Positions 19,761-29,407 of a stretch of 57,750 nucleotides of DNA are shown here, piece after piece. Below the pieces are notes generated by a model that was not told the origin of the DNA, ran no database searches, and was given only the letters and a program-made list of their open reading frames with translations. This stretch comes from Candidatus Bathyarchaeota archaeon (GTDB taxonomy: Archaea; Thermoproteota; Bathyarchaeia; TCS64): positions 1-57,750 of the forward strand of contig JADGNG010000081.1 in the NCBI GenBank assembly GCA_017883585.1, read 5' to 3'. Within the stretch, counting starts at the first letter, position 1. Every line of letters starts with the position of its first letter. Made by a program: the position numbers and the translations under genes.

Positions 19761-21241
19761 GGCAGTATCACCTTTACGTAGTTGGTGAGGTTGAGGAGAG
19801 CCTTAGCCGCCTCCGTTGCGTAGGCTATCATAGGCGCTGGCCAGATGCCGAAGAGTATTATCAGCGTGGCCATCGCGACCGTGACGCCTAGCATGAGCGG
19901 GGGTGCCTCCTTCGTGGCCTTCAGAGCCTCCTTAGGTTGCCCGACTAGGGCCTTCATCACCCTCAGGTAGTAGACCATGCTGAGGGCGCTGTTGAGGACC
20001 GCGATGATTGTTAGCCACCAGTATCCCGGGGCTAGGGCTGAACCGAAGAGGAGGTATTTGCTTATGAACCCGGCTGTCCCGGGTACGCCTCCGAGTCCGA
20101 GTAGGGCGATGAACATCGTGAGGCTCGTTATTGGCATCACCTTGGCGATGCCTCTCATCTTGTCGATGTCCCGTGTGCCCGACTCCTCGATCATCGAGCC
20201 CGCGGAGAAGAAGGCTAGGCCCTTCATGAGGCTGTGGTTGAAGATGTGAAGGAACACGCCAGTGAGCCCCATGATGCCTCCGCCAGCCACGCCGACGAGC
20301 ATGTAGCCCATTTGGCTTATGCTGCTGTAGGCGAGCATTCTCTTAATATCCGTTTGGAGCACCGCCACAATGTTGGCGAAGCTCATCGTGACAACGGCGA
20401 GGCCCGCGATCATCAGGCTGAAGTCAGCTGTCGGGAAGACTATGTAGAGTATCCTAGTTAGCCCGTAGAGGGCGGTCTCGATGAGTATGCCCGACAGCAT
20501 TGCGCTGATTGGGCTGGGTGCCTCGGGGTGCGCATCGGGGAGCCAGGTGTGGAGTGGCACTATTGCCGACTTCACGCCGAAGCCCACGACGAAGACGAGC
20601 ATGGCGACCATCATCCAGAGGCCCGCGCCACCTGTATGGAGGCTGTTACTGATCTGGGCGAAGTTCACCGTGCCAGCCATGCCGTAGATGAGGGCGATTC
20701 CCAGCAGGAGCATCGTCGAACCGACAGCTCCCATCACCATGTACTTGAAGCCCGCCTCGACGGGGCCCCAGTTCTCCTTCCGGAAGGCAACGAGCACATA
20801 GCTCGCGATGCCCATCAGCTCCCAGAAGACGAAGAACGTGAAGAAGTCGCCCGCGAAGCTGACACCGATAATGCCGGTCACAAGGGCCGACAGAAGCGTG
20901 TAGTACTCCGTGAGTCGAGTGTCGTGTTTCATATAGCTGTAGCTGTAGATGGTCGCAAAGAGACCGAGCAGCGCTGCGCTGAAGGCCATGTAGATACTGA
21001 GCATGTCAATCTCGAAGCATGCACCGAGCGGCGGAGCGCCACCTAGCGCAACCACGAGGATCTTCGTGGGACTTGCCTGCTGCAGGTTGTAGAGCATCCA
21101 GACGCTAACTAGTGTGAAGACGCTCAGGATGATCGCGACGACCTCCCTGAGCTTCGGCACCTTGAATTTCTCGCCGAGCAGCCCGAAGAGCACCACTGCA
21201 AAGGGGCTGAACATGAAGAGCAGTTCTAGACCCATCACCAT
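19757..21241 (-). CDS. nuoN: NuoN/MrpD(MbhH)-like antiporter-type subunit
   Basis: FWELMG, EAGFKY, KSAIVPLHTWLPDAH, GFISK. Confidence 0.82.
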   Translation of the reverse strand: MVMGLELLFMFSPFAVVLFGLLGEKFKVPKLREVVAIILSVFTLVSVWMLYNLQQASPTKILVVALGGAPPLGACFEIDMLSIYMAFSAALLGLFATIYSYSYMKHDTRLTEYYTLLSALVTGIIGVSFAGDFFTFFVFWELMGIASYVLVAFRKENWGPVEAGFKYMVMGAVGSTMLLLGIALIYGMAGTVNFAQISNSLHTGGAGLWMMVAMLVFVVGFGVKSAIVPLHTWLPDAHPEAPSPISAMLSGILIETALYGLTRILYIVFPTADFSLMIAGLAVVTMSFANIVAVLQTDIKRMLAYSSISQMGYMLVGVAGGGIMGLTGVFLHIFNHSLMKGLAFFSAGSMIEESGTRDIDKMRGIAKVMPITSLTMFIALLGLGGVPGTAGFISKYLLFGSALAPGYWWLTIIAVLNSALSMVYYLRVMKALVGQPKEALKATKEAPPLMLGVTVAMATLIILFGIWPAPMIAYATEAAKALLNLTNYVKVILP

Positions 21242-21549
21242 TTCAGCCTCCTCATCTTGTCGACCTCAGTGGTCTTGAACTGCTTGTATGCGTTGACTAT
21301 CAATGCCAGGCCGACCGCGATCACGCTTCCCCCTAGGATTATAGACATGAAGGCGAGGCTCTGGCCGAGCGGGTCGACGAAGCCCTCGGCGACCCTGTAG
21401 GATGCGAAGTAGACGAACGCGAAGTTGCCGGCGTTGAGTATTATCTCGACGCCTAGTAGGATGCGAATCATGCTCTTCTGCGAGACGCAGTAGAGGCCGA
21501 TGCTTACCATCGCGAAGATGGCGCCTAGGAAAATAACGTCGTTTGCCAT
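21235..21549 (-). CDS. nuoK: NuoK/MrpC-like subunit
   Basis: IGLY, LLGVEIILNA, three TM helices. Confidence 0.88.
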   Translation of the reverse strand: MANDVIFLGAIFAMVSIGLYCVSQKSMIRILLGVEIILNAGNFAFVYFASYRVAEGFVDPLGQSLAFMSIILGGSVIAVGLALIVNAYKQFKTTEVDKMRRLKW

Positions 21550-21821
21550 CAGTTTTTCTCCTCCCTGAGGAGCGCCAGGCAGCTGATCGCCGTGGCGAAT
21601 AGGATGAGTGTCTGCATTATGAGGTCGAGTCCCCTGAAGTTCCAGAGGAAGCTGCTCATCTCAGACCCGAGCGCGTCCGAGGGCTCGGTGGGCAGCAGCT
21701 CTGTGCTCCGGTACGACGCGTGGGGGAAGGGTGTGCTAGACACGACGTAAATGAAGGACAGGAAGAGGAGGGCCGCGATGGCGATTCCGGCTATCTTTAC
21801 AGCTCCACCGTTCTCACTCAT
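21549..21821 (-). CDS. NuoJ C-terminal half (FpoJ2/MnhB-like)
   Basis: LWNFRGLDL motif, two TM helices, lies between J and K. Confidence 0.7.
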   Translation of the reverse strand: MSENGGAVKIAGIAIAALLFLSFIYVVSSTPFPHASYRSTELLPTEPSDALGSEMSSFLWNFRGLDLIMQTLILFATAISCLALLREEKN

Positions 21822-22062
21822 TGCCCTCACCCTTTACGAACATTATCACGGATACGAACAGCACAACTACGGCGCCTCCGTAGATGAGCATCTGGAACAA
21901 GCCCACGTAGGGTGCATAGAGCACCCAGTATAGGGCTCCGAGGCTGATGCACATCGCGCCGAGACTGAGGGCTGCGTATAGTAGGTTCTTGAGACCCGCC
22001 GCGCCTAAGGCGAAGGCGATGGTCATCGCGAGTATCCCGAACTGGACCAGCTCGGACGCCAT
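21814..22062 (-). CDS. nuoJ: NuoJ N-terminal half (FpoJ1-like)
   Basis: MASELVQF...LYAALSL...APYVGLFQMLIYGGAVVVL; true start is ATG 22062, not 22419. Confidence 0.85.
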   Translation of the reverse strand: MASELVQFGILAMTIAFALGAAGLKNLLYAALSLGAMCISLGALYWVLYAPYVGLFQMLIYGGAVVVLFVSVIMFVKGEGNE

Positions 22063-22463
22063 CACTTCTTCACCTCCACGGGAGCCGCGGGCTTCGCCAC
22101 GGGAGCCGCCGGTGGGCGTGGAGTTCTCTTGAAGTCGAGGATCTCGTCCGCCTTGTTTATGACTGCGAGTTCGTATTCGGCGGTGAGGCGGATGGCGTTG
22201 GTGGGGCAGCTCTCCTCGCACTGTTGGCAGAAGAGGCAGGCCCCGAGGTTGATTTTCAAGCCTTCGCACTTCGGGCCGAGGCCCTTGAGCTCTATGGCGA
22301 AGCTGGGGCACACCCTGCTGCACATACCGCATCCGGTGCACTTTGCCTCGTCGTACTCGTGCTTGCCGCGGGTGCCCTTCGGCATCTCCCTCTTCTCGAA
22401 GGGGTAGATGAGGGTACACGGCTTGCTAAACGCGTTTTTCAGAAGCTCTCTTTCCATCGCCAT
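22062..22463 (-). CDS. nuoI: NuoI-like 2[4Fe-4S] ferredoxin subunit
   Basis: CTGCGMCSRVCP and CLFCQQCEESCP. Confidence 0.92.
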   Translation of the reverse strand: MAMERELLKNAFSKPCTLIYPFEKREMPKGTRGKHEYDEAKCTGCGMCSRVCPSFAIELKGLGPKCEGLKINLGACLFCQQCEESCPTNAIRLTAEYELAVINKADEILDFKRTPRPPAAPVAKPAAPVEVKK

Positions 22464-22464
22464 C

Positions 22465-23475
22465 TTATATCACTCCGCTCAACGCCACGATCGCCATCAC
22501 CTGAAGGACGGCAAGGGGCACAAGGTACTGCCAGGCCCACCTCAGCATCACATCGATCCTGAACCTAGCGAAAAGGGCGCTAAGATTGCTCATAATGAGG
22601 ACGCAGAAGGTGGTCTTGAGTATGAACCAGACAATCGGGGGTAGGATGGGACCTGCTGGTCCTCCTAGGAACAGTGAGGTCAGCAGCGCGGAGGCTAGTA
22701 CGATCTTGACGTCCCTGCCAAGGGTAAGGAGAGCCAGCTTCTTCCCGCTGAACTCGACCTGCCAGCCGTGAACGATCTCCGTCTCCGCCTCAGCCATGTC
22801 GAACGGGCGCATCTCCGTTTCCGCGAGGAGAGAGAGTATGCAGATGGCGAAGCCGATGAACATCACTACGCCGAGCATCAGACCCCAGATGGTAGGCGCG
22901 GCGAGGAAGCTCTGTACGCTTCCCACCTCCCAGGCGACGATGTTGTTGATGCCGAGGCTGCCGGCCATAATGGCCGGACCGAGAGTCAGTAGAACTAGGG
23001 GTATCTCGTAGGCGAGTGTCATCAACGCGACCCTCGTCGCGCCGACCGCGCCGAAGATGTTCGCGCTGCTCCAACCCGCGAGGAACACGCTTAGGACTAT
23101 GAGGCTGAAGATTAGGAGGACGATGACGAGGTCCCCCTCGAAGTTCGCGATGGGCGTGTAAGAGTAGAGGCTCGTTATAGACTGGATTGGGATGAGGAAG
23201 ACGGCTGCTAGTGCTAGCGCGAAGATCGCGACGGGGGCAGCTGAGAATAGTGTCTTGTTCGCTGCGCCGGGAGTGATGTCCTCCTTCGCAAGGAGCTTCA
23301 CGATGTCGGCAAAGGGCTGTAGCATGCCGGCATAGCCGGTGTGCATTGGGCCCCTCCTGTTCTGGAGACGCGCCACCGTTTTCCTGCTTAGCCAATTACA
23401 GTAAAGGGCGTAGAATACGATGAAGATCGCGCCAGGGAATACTACTATGCTAAATACGTCACTTATTGAGACCAT
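22465..23475 (-). CDS. nuoH: NuoH-like membrane subunit
   Basis: RKTVARLQNRRGP, QPFADIVKL, PFDMAEAETEI. Confidence 0.93.
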   Translation of the reverse strand: MVSISDVFSIVVFPGAIFIVFYALYCNWLSRKTVARLQNRRGPMHTGYAGMLQPFADIVKLLAKEDITPGAANKTLFSAAPVAIFALALAAVFLIPIQSITSLYSYTPIANFEGDLVIVLLIFSLIVLSVFLAGWSSANIFGAVGATRVALMTLAYEIPLVLLTLGPAIMAGSLGINNIVAWEVGSVQSFLAAPTIWGLMLGVVMFIGFAICILSLLAETEMRPFDMAEAETEIVHGWQVEFSGKKLALLTLGRDVKIVLASALLTSLFLGGPAGPILPPIVWFILKTTFCVLIMSNLSALFARFRIDVMLRWAWQYLVPLAVLQVMAIVALSGVI

Positions 23476-24652
23476 TAGAGTACCACCTGATTCCGTATTT
23501 CCTCAGTTCCTCGCTAGTCATGTCCCAGGGTTTATCCTTCGACTCGTCGACGAAGACCATGCGATCCGTGCAGCTGAAGCACGGGTCGATGCCAGCGAGT
23601 ACGATTGGGATGTCGGCTATGTACCCGCCCTTGAGCTTCAAAATGAGGGACGGGATGTTTGCGAGTGTCGGGGCCCTCATCTTGTACCGGTAGGGCTTGT
23701 TGTCGCCCTTGCTGCAGAGGTAGTGGATGTCCTCACCTCGCTGGGCCTCGACCATGTTCGTGGCCTCGCCCTCGGGGACCTTCTGCAGGGGGTTGAACTT
23801 CTCCCTGATCGGGCCGTCCGGGAGGTGGTCGAGGACGTACTTCGCGATCCCGACGCTCTCCACGAGCTCACCGACTCGGACGACGACGTTACCCAGGACA
23901 TCGCCGCTTTCTGCGGTGATTACATTGAAGGGTATCTCGTCGTATGCGAGGTAGGGGTTGTCGCGGCGTGTGTCCTTGTTTACGCCGCTCGCACGGGCGT
24001 GTGGGCCGCAGCCGCAGAGGCGGATCATGTCTGACTTGCTGCAATAGCCGACGCCGCTTGCCCTGTTGGCTATCGTGGCCTCGGTCGTAGCGACCTTAGT
24101 ATAGTACTTGGTTCGCTCCGCGAGTATGTCGAGTGCCTTCTGGAACTTTGGTATCTTGTCGCTTGGAATGTCCCTGCGGACTCCGCCGATGGCATTCCAG
24201 GCGTAGTTGACCCTATTCCCACTGATCTCCTCTAGGATATCTAGCACGATCTCGCGGTCGCGCCAGACGTAATAGAAGAGAGTATCAAAGCCGATCTCGT
24301 GGGCGGCTACTCCGACCCAGAGGAGGTGGCTGTGTATCCTCTCCAACTCATGTACGAAGGTGCGCAGGTACTTCGCCCTCGGCGGGATGGTAATGCCCGC
24401 GACTTCCTCCACGTTCATCGCGTAGAGCGTCTGGTGGGCGTTACTGCAAATGCCGCAGACCCTCTCCGTGAGGTAGAGGTTCTGTATGTAGGTGCGGGCC
24501 TCCATCGCCTTCTCGATGCCCCTGTGATTATATCCGACACGGGGCTCGACGTCAACGACGACCTCGCCGTCGACCTTGAAGAGGAAACTCGCCGGCTCCT
24601 TGAGAGCCGGATGCTGCGGGCCAATCGGTATGCTGAACTCTGTTCCGCTCAT
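23459..24652 (-). CDS. Group 4 [NiFe]-hydrogenase large subunit (NuoD homolog)
   Basis: L1 ERVCGICSNAH, L2 DPCFSCTDR followed by a cleavable C-terminal extension; start ATG 24652 overlaps the nuoC stop. Confidence 0.93.
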   Translation of the reverse strand: MSGTEFSIPIGPQHPALKEPASFLFKVDGEVVVDVEPRVGYNHRGIEKAMEARTYIQNLYLTERVCGICSNAHQTLYAMNVEEVAGITIPPRAKYLRTFVHELERIHSHLLWVGVAAHEIGFDTLFYYVWRDREIVLDILEEISGNRVNYAWNAIGGVRRDIPSDKIPKFQKALDILAERTKYYTKVATTEATIANRASGVGYCSKSDMIRLCGCGPHARASGVNKDTRRDNPYLAYDEIPFNVITAESGDVLGNVVVRVGELVESVGIAKYVLDHLPDGPIREKFNPLQKVPEGEATNMVEAQRGEDIHYLCSKGDNKPYRYKMRAPTLANIPSLILKLKGGYIADIPIVLAGIDPCFSCTDRMVFVDESKDKPWDMTSEELRKYGIRWYSNGLNK

Positions 24653-25149
24653 GTCCATTCCTCCCCGTCGACCGCCTTCCTCAGGGACTTTACGTCCCAC
24701 TTCTTGAGGAGGGGATAGACTCCCTCGGGCCACTCCTCGGTCATGAGGAGCCTCTTTGGGTTCGGGTGACCTTCGGGGAAGACCCCGAGCAGGTCGTTTA
24801 TCTCCCTCTCGTAGAGGACGGCCCCACCGATTATGTCGGTGATTGATGGGACCACGGGCTTATTGCCCGGGATCCGCACTTTGATTGTGAAGATAAGATT
24901 GGGACGGTTGAGGTGGTAGTTTAGCTCTCTTTCCTCGCCGAGGTCTATCCCGGTGATCGTGGCGAGGTGGAAGAGCCCTTCCTTCTCCTTGAGGAATGTG
25001 ATGGCGTCCCTCAGCTTATCGGTCTTTATGGTGACGTAGACTCTCCTGTCCTTCGGGATTTTGGAGTCTATTACGTTCTCCTTCCCGATGGCCTCGACGA
25101 GCCTCTCGAGGGTCTTTTTATTCTCTTCAACGTAACTCAATTCATTCAC
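24649..25149 (-). CDS. nuoC: NuoC-like subunit
   Basis: HLATITGID, YEREINDLLGVFPEGHPNPKRL, YPLLK. Confidence 0.9.
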   Translation of the reverse strand: MNELSYVEENKKTLERLVEAIGKENVIDSKIPKDRRVYVTIKTDKLRDAITFLKEKEGLFHLATITGIDLGEERELNYHLNRPNLIFTIKVRIPGNKPVVPSITDIIGGAVLYEREINDLLGVFPEGHPNPKRLLMTEEWPEGVYPLLKKWDVKSLRKAVDGEEWT

Positions 25150-25150
25150 C

Positions 25151-25570
25151 TCAGTACCCCGCGCTCTTCAGGAGCTTGACGACGCCGTCGAGGATAGCCT
25201 CCGGCTTCGGCGGACAGCCCACCACGTATGCGTTGACGGGGATGACCTTGTCGACGCCCTCCATGACGTTGTAGCAGTCTTGGAAGGTGCCCCCGGTGTT
25301 GGCGCAGCTGCCGACTGCCACGACGAACTTCGGCTCGGGCATCTGCTCGTATATTCTCTTGAGTCTGCTCTTCAGTTTCCTCGAGATGGAGCCCGAGACG
25401 ACTATGACGTCGGCGTGTCTTGGAGACCCCTTGAGTAATGCGCCGAAGCGCTCTATGTCGTAACGCGGCGTGAGTGCGGCCACGATCTCGATGTCGCAGG
25501 CGTTGCATGCGGCGCCGTTGAAGTGTATCAGCCAAGGGGAGCGAGTTCTGGCCCATGTTACTAGACCCAT
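25151..25570 (-). CDS. nuoB: Hydrogenase small subunit (NuoB homolog)
   Basis: CNACDIE, SPRHAD, AVGSCA, GCPPKP. Confidence 0.93.
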   Translation of the reverse strand: MGLVTWARTRSPWLIHFNGAACNACDIEIVAALTPRYDIERFGALLKGSPRHADVIVVSGSISRKLKSRLKRIYEQMPEPKFVVAVGSCANTGGTFQDCYNVMEGVDKVIPVNAYVVGCPPKPEAILDGVVKLLKSAGY

Positions 25571-25571
25571 T

Positions 25572-25907
25572 CTACTTCCTCCACTTCGCGGTCAGTATCA
25601 CGATGGACACAAGCGATGCGGCCGCGTATGCTAGCGGGAGCATCACGTTCGCCGGTCTGGCGAGCGTCGTCGCGAGGACGAAGCCCAACACGTCGAATAT
25701 CATGAAGTAGACTGCGTAGATGAAGAAGTTCTCGACGTTCACCCTAACCCGGGTGGGAGGAATATCCTCACCGCAGGCGTAGGGCGCCAGCTTGCCGGGT
25801 GTGTCCGGACTCTTGGGAGCCAGGTCGTTGCCGATCGCCATGATGATGAGGGCGACGACCAGGGCTACAACCAAAATTAATACGAATCCGGTTAGACCTT
25901 CAAGCAA
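25572..25907 (-). CDS. nuoA: NuoA-like subunit
   Basis: KLAPYACGE, YFMIFDV, three TM helices. Confidence 0.88.
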   Translation of the reverse strand: MLEGLTGFVLILVVALVVALIIMAIGNDLAPKSPDTPGKLAPYACGEDIPPTRVRVNVENFFIYAVYFMIFDVLGFVLATTLARPANVMLPLAYAAASLVSIVILTAKWRK

Positions 25908-26031
25908 TACGGTCCCTCAAACCATCGTTTGGTTCGAAGATATAAACATTCACGCCTCGCAGGTTTTAATGTTAAATATATGGAGGATCGAGAAACATGG
26001 AAAAAAGGTGCGTAAAGGTTCCAAATGGGAC

Positions 26032-26517
26032 TCAACCATTTAGTAAATTAATGATAATTTTGGCGATGATGTCGGTGCCCTTCTCAACCTCTGGGGTGAT
26101 ACCCTCCCCTAGTTCTATATTCACGCCCTGGATTCCGAGTAGGGCAACCTTCGGGCAGATCGACTTCTCGATGTAGTTGATGAAGATGTGGAGTGGGAGG
26201 CTGTGCGTCGATATAGAGATGTTGGCTATCATCCTAGAAGGGATGATCCGCCCCTCCCCGGGGGCCCCCTTGAAATTGGCGGCATCGATGAGGAGGACGT
26301 GTGTGGGCGCGAAGTCCCGGATCACACCGGTGTAGCTCTCGGGCACAGTCTCCGTTGGGAGAAGCTGCACACTCGGCAGGAGCTTACCTTCAAGAAGCTC
26401 GAGCACCTTGAGGCCGACGACGTCATCGTGCCTAATCTGGCTCCCGATGCCGACGAGGACGACCCTCCGCCCCTCTGGCCCGCCGAAGAAAACCCTAAGC
26501 TCCTCCCTGAGAGACAC
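26032..26517 (-). CDS. hycI: Hydrogenase maturation protease (HycI-type)
   Basis: GIGSQIRHDDVVG, TVPESY, IDAA, STHSLPL. Confidence 0.9.
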   Translation of the reverse strand: MSLREELRVFFGGPEGRRVVLVGIGSQIRHDDVVGLKVLELLEGKLLPSVQLLPTETVPESYTGVIRDFAPTHVLLIDAANFKGAPGEGRIIPSRMIANISISTHSLPLHIFINYIEKSICPKVALLGIQGVNIELGEGITPEVEKGTDIIAKIIINLLNG

Positions 26518-26547
26518 GCGTTAGGGCTTGAATCACGGGGTTAAAAT

Positions 26548-27606
26548 CTATTCTATTGCGACCCCGGTCAGCTTTCGGTATAGATCGGTGGCGTTTACCC
26601 TAGACTCCACACCCTCGATGACTGCCACACCGGTCCTGAAGACGCTCCCGGTCATCCCAAACCCGTCGAGGAAGGTCAAACCGAGGCGTGTTGTAAGACT
26701 CTTTTTGAGTTTGAGGCGGGCGAGCCTTCCCCCGATTTCGTCTAGGTTCAGGTCGAGCAGTTCCTTTGGGGTTAGAGTGAAGACGCGCTTCCCGCTTCGT
26801 CCACATATCTCCTCAACGGGGTTATCTACGCTGGCCAATGCAGAGTGGGTGCCGCACACCTTGCACGCCTCCGCCTTCGCGAGGTTGATCTTCTCGAGGC
26901 TCAGTTCTTCGATGTCGAAGTAGAGGAGTTTCCCGGCTAGGTTTGGTTTCTTCCTGAGGATGATTCTTACCGCCTCTGATACCTGTATACTGGCGATTAC
27001 ACTGATGACGGAGGGTGTGACTCCGACGGTGGCGCACGTTGGTACGTTCGCCTCGTCGATGTTCCCCTGCCAGCACTCAAGGCACGGAGTCTCACCTGGT
27101 ATGATTGTAGACACATTCCCCACATGGGTTATCACAGCACCGTAGATGTAGGGAATTCCCCTCTCCACGCATGCCCGGTTGAGGGCGAGGCGAGGGGTAA
27201 GACGGTCAAGACCGTCGACGACGAGGTCAACACCCTCCACCAGCATCGAGGCGGTACGGTTATTCATCGAGGCGGGTATCGCCTCGATCTCGATAAAGGG
27301 GTTAACTTTGCGGAGCCTCATCTCCGCCGCCTCTACTTTCGGGTAGCCGACGACGTCGACTCCGTAGAGGTGCTGCCTCTGAAGGTTGCTCATCTCCACC
27401 ACGTCCCTGTCGACGAGCCTGATGTATCCTACACCCATGGTAGCTAGCTGGACGGATAGCTGGCACCCAAGCCCACCGACTCCAGCTACAAGCACGCGTG
27501 CCCCCTTGAGTCTCTTCTGCCCGATTGACCCTATCTCGGCTAGAACGAGCTGACGTGAGTAGTAGGCAAGTTCATCGGGGGTGAGATCGCTATTGGGGAT
27601 AGCCAT
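26548..27606 (-). CDS. ThiF/MoeB/UbaA family adenylyltransferase
   Basis: YSRQL, GVGGLG, DRDVVEMSNLQRQ, CLEC, TCATVG, CKVC. Confidence 0.9.
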   Translation of the reverse strand: MAIPNSDLTPDELAYYSRQLVLAEIGSIGQKRLKGARVLVAGVGGLGCQLSVQLATMGVGYIRLVDRDVVEMSNLQRQHLYGVDVVGYPKVEAAEMRLRKVNPFIEIEAIPASMNNRTASMLVEGVDLVVDGLDRLTPRLALNRACVERGIPYIYGAVITHVGNVSTIIPGETPCLECWQGNIDEANVPTCATVGVTPSVISVIASIQVSEAVRIILRKKPNLAGKLLYFDIEELSLEKINLAKAEACKVCGTHSALASVDNPVEEICGRSGKRVFTLTPKELLDLNLDEIGGRLARLKLKKSLTTRLGLTFLDGFGMTGSVFRTGVAVIEGVESRVNATDLYRKLTGVAIE

Positions 27607-27652
27607 GGATCAGAGAGCACTTCGGTGATTGAAAAGAATACACCCGTTTCCC

Positions 27653-28339
27653 CTACTTGTTGAAGAGATTCTGGATGTTCCCCCACTCGATGGCAAGTAT
27701 GAAGGCTAATACAAATGATGATCCGTGTATGAGGACGTTGACATCCCGCCCATAGCTTAGAAACGAGTTCGTGTAGAACACCATCCACCCACAGATGGCT
27801 AGGAAAACAAGCAGATTAACGAGTATAACCCCCCTTTTCCCCGTCGATGTGCCTCTAGCATCACTAAATAGGTCCCAGAAGTTGACTAAGCAAAACCCCG
27901 TGACAGCCCCCTCCGAGGCGTACACGAGCCCGGAGGCACCAATCGAACCTATGTTCGCGACTATTATCCAGAGAACATTCGAAAGGACTGTTGCAGCTAA
28001 GATTGCGATGATGAAGAAGTGGACCCGACTAACCACCTCTTCGGATGGCATGTAGTAATTGGTGAAGGAGAAGACTAATACGAAGGAGAAGATTCCGATC
28101 AGGTTCATGACCAGATGACTCAGGTCGCTGTGAACGAAAAGGGATGTGACAACACCCCACGGCGTTGACCTAGATGCAACTAGAAAGCCATTGAGCCAAG
28201 GATATGCCAGATTGAGGGCAAATACGATGGCGCAGAGGCTGAGAACCGCTAGGTAAAAGTTAAATAGCACCTTGAAATCTAAAAATAAGGCCCTAAGCCT
28301 CGACGCAACGTCATCACGCTTTTCCCCAAGGCTATACAA
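27653..28339 (-). CDS. Rhomboid family intramembrane serine protease
   Basis: TSLFVH...HLVMN, GASG (Ser), C-terminal His. Confidence 0.8.
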   Translation of the reverse strand: MYSLGEKRDDVASRLRALFLDFKVLFNFYLAVLSLCAIVFALNLAYPWLNGFLVASRSTPWGVVTSLFVHSDLSHLVMNLIGIFSFVLVFSFTNYYMPSEEVVSRVHFFIIAILAATVLSNVLWIIVANIGSIGASGLVYASEGAVTGFCLVNFWDLFSDARGTSTGKRGVILVNLLVFLAICGWMVFYTNSFLSYGRDVNVLIHGSSFVLAFILAIEWGNIQNLFNK

Positions 28340-28420
28340 GTCTCTTACCTGATCGGCATCCTATCGATTCTACTCACGTTGGAAGTCCTGATAAAACCTA
28401 GGAGTGGAAAACTCAACGGA

Positions 28421-29353
28421 TTAGATGGAACGTAATTCCCCGAGGAGGTTAGCCTTGTCGTACTTTGCTGTGACAAGTATGTAGTTGTCGATGATCTGAA
28501 AATCAGTCGCATTCAGATTTGCCTGCTTTATCTTGTCTATGTCTCGCTGGGCAGCAGAGGTCGTGTTAAAGACGTAGACACTGCTTGTGATTAAAGTGTT
28601 GGAGTCGTACCTCACTATCGTAGCTGTAGCCACAACATCGGTGACTGCGTAGGGGAACTTGGAGTATGAGTAGGCGAGTTCGACGCCTTTCCCCTGCGAG
28701 AGTAGATACAGGGACGCCTTCACTTCCGACTCATCGATAAGTCTAGTCGTTCCAGCCTCGTTATCCAGGGCGGTCTTAATGAGGTCCATCCCACTTATGC
28801 CATCCGAATAGAGGAGGTAGCCGTCCCTTAAGCAGGCGTAGCCGTTTACATAGGCGGGTGAGTCGGAAGTGAACCGGGTGACCTGATAAATGATGTTCTG
28901 TCCGTATGAATATGCAGCTGAGCTCATAATCGGTAACTCACCCTGTAATTCTGCATAGGTTGCTGAGTTAGTCTTAATGACATTCAGTGTGAGCTCATCC
29001 GAGTTTGGGTTGGGGTTCGCATATGACGCAGTGACCAAATACTGGGAATTGGTAACATTGACCTTCGAGAAGCCTGACAAGACAAGTAGCTCCTCGGAAG
29101 TGAAGACGCTGAAGTCCCCGTTTACGGTGTGGATGTTTGTGAAGTTCATCACCGTAATTTTATCGGGGCCTTTCGCTACGAACCTCATCCAGTTGGGGGT
29201 CACTACACTGTAGGTTGAGGGAATATGCTGGAGGGTCTGGAGACGGGGGAGGTAGATTATGGCGAGGGCAGCAGCCGACAGGACTATGAAAGTCGCTACA
29301 AAAGAGACTATCAATATTCTATTCCCTTTACTAATGCTCTTTATTCCCATCAA
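28421..29353 (-). CDS. Hypothetical membrane-anchored extracellular protein
   Basis: Single N-terminal TM; S/T/N-rich with several NxS/T sequons. Confidence 0.7.
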   Translation of the reverse strand: MMGIKSISKGNRILIVSFVATFIVLSAAALAIIYLPRLQTLQHIPSTYSVVTPNWMRFVAKGPDKITVMNFTNIHTVNGDFSVFTSEELLVLSGFSKVNVTNSQYLVTASYANPNPNSDELTLNVIKTNSATYAELQGELPIMSSAAYSYGQNIIYQVTRFTSDSPAYVNGYACLRDGYLLYSDGISGMDLIKTALDNEAGTTRLIDESEVKASLYLLSQGKGVELAYSYSKFPYAVTDVVATATIVRYDSNTLITSSVYVFNTTSAAQRDIDKIKQANLNATDFQIIDNYILVTAKYDKANLLGELRSI

Positions 29354-29407
29354 AATCCCCCCATTGCTAAATTCTTAAATAAGAAGTTACAATTAAAGTA
29401 ACAACAC

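Noticed and set aside
21814-22419. 201-aa ORF as listed in the track
   Set aside because: The upstream part overlaps nuoI out of frame; only 21814..22062 is NuoJ-like
23459-24652. Assignment as NADH dehydrogenase NuoD, FpoD or MbxL
   Set aside because: Both NiFe CxxC motifs and a processing extension are intact, and nuoEFG/fpoF are absent
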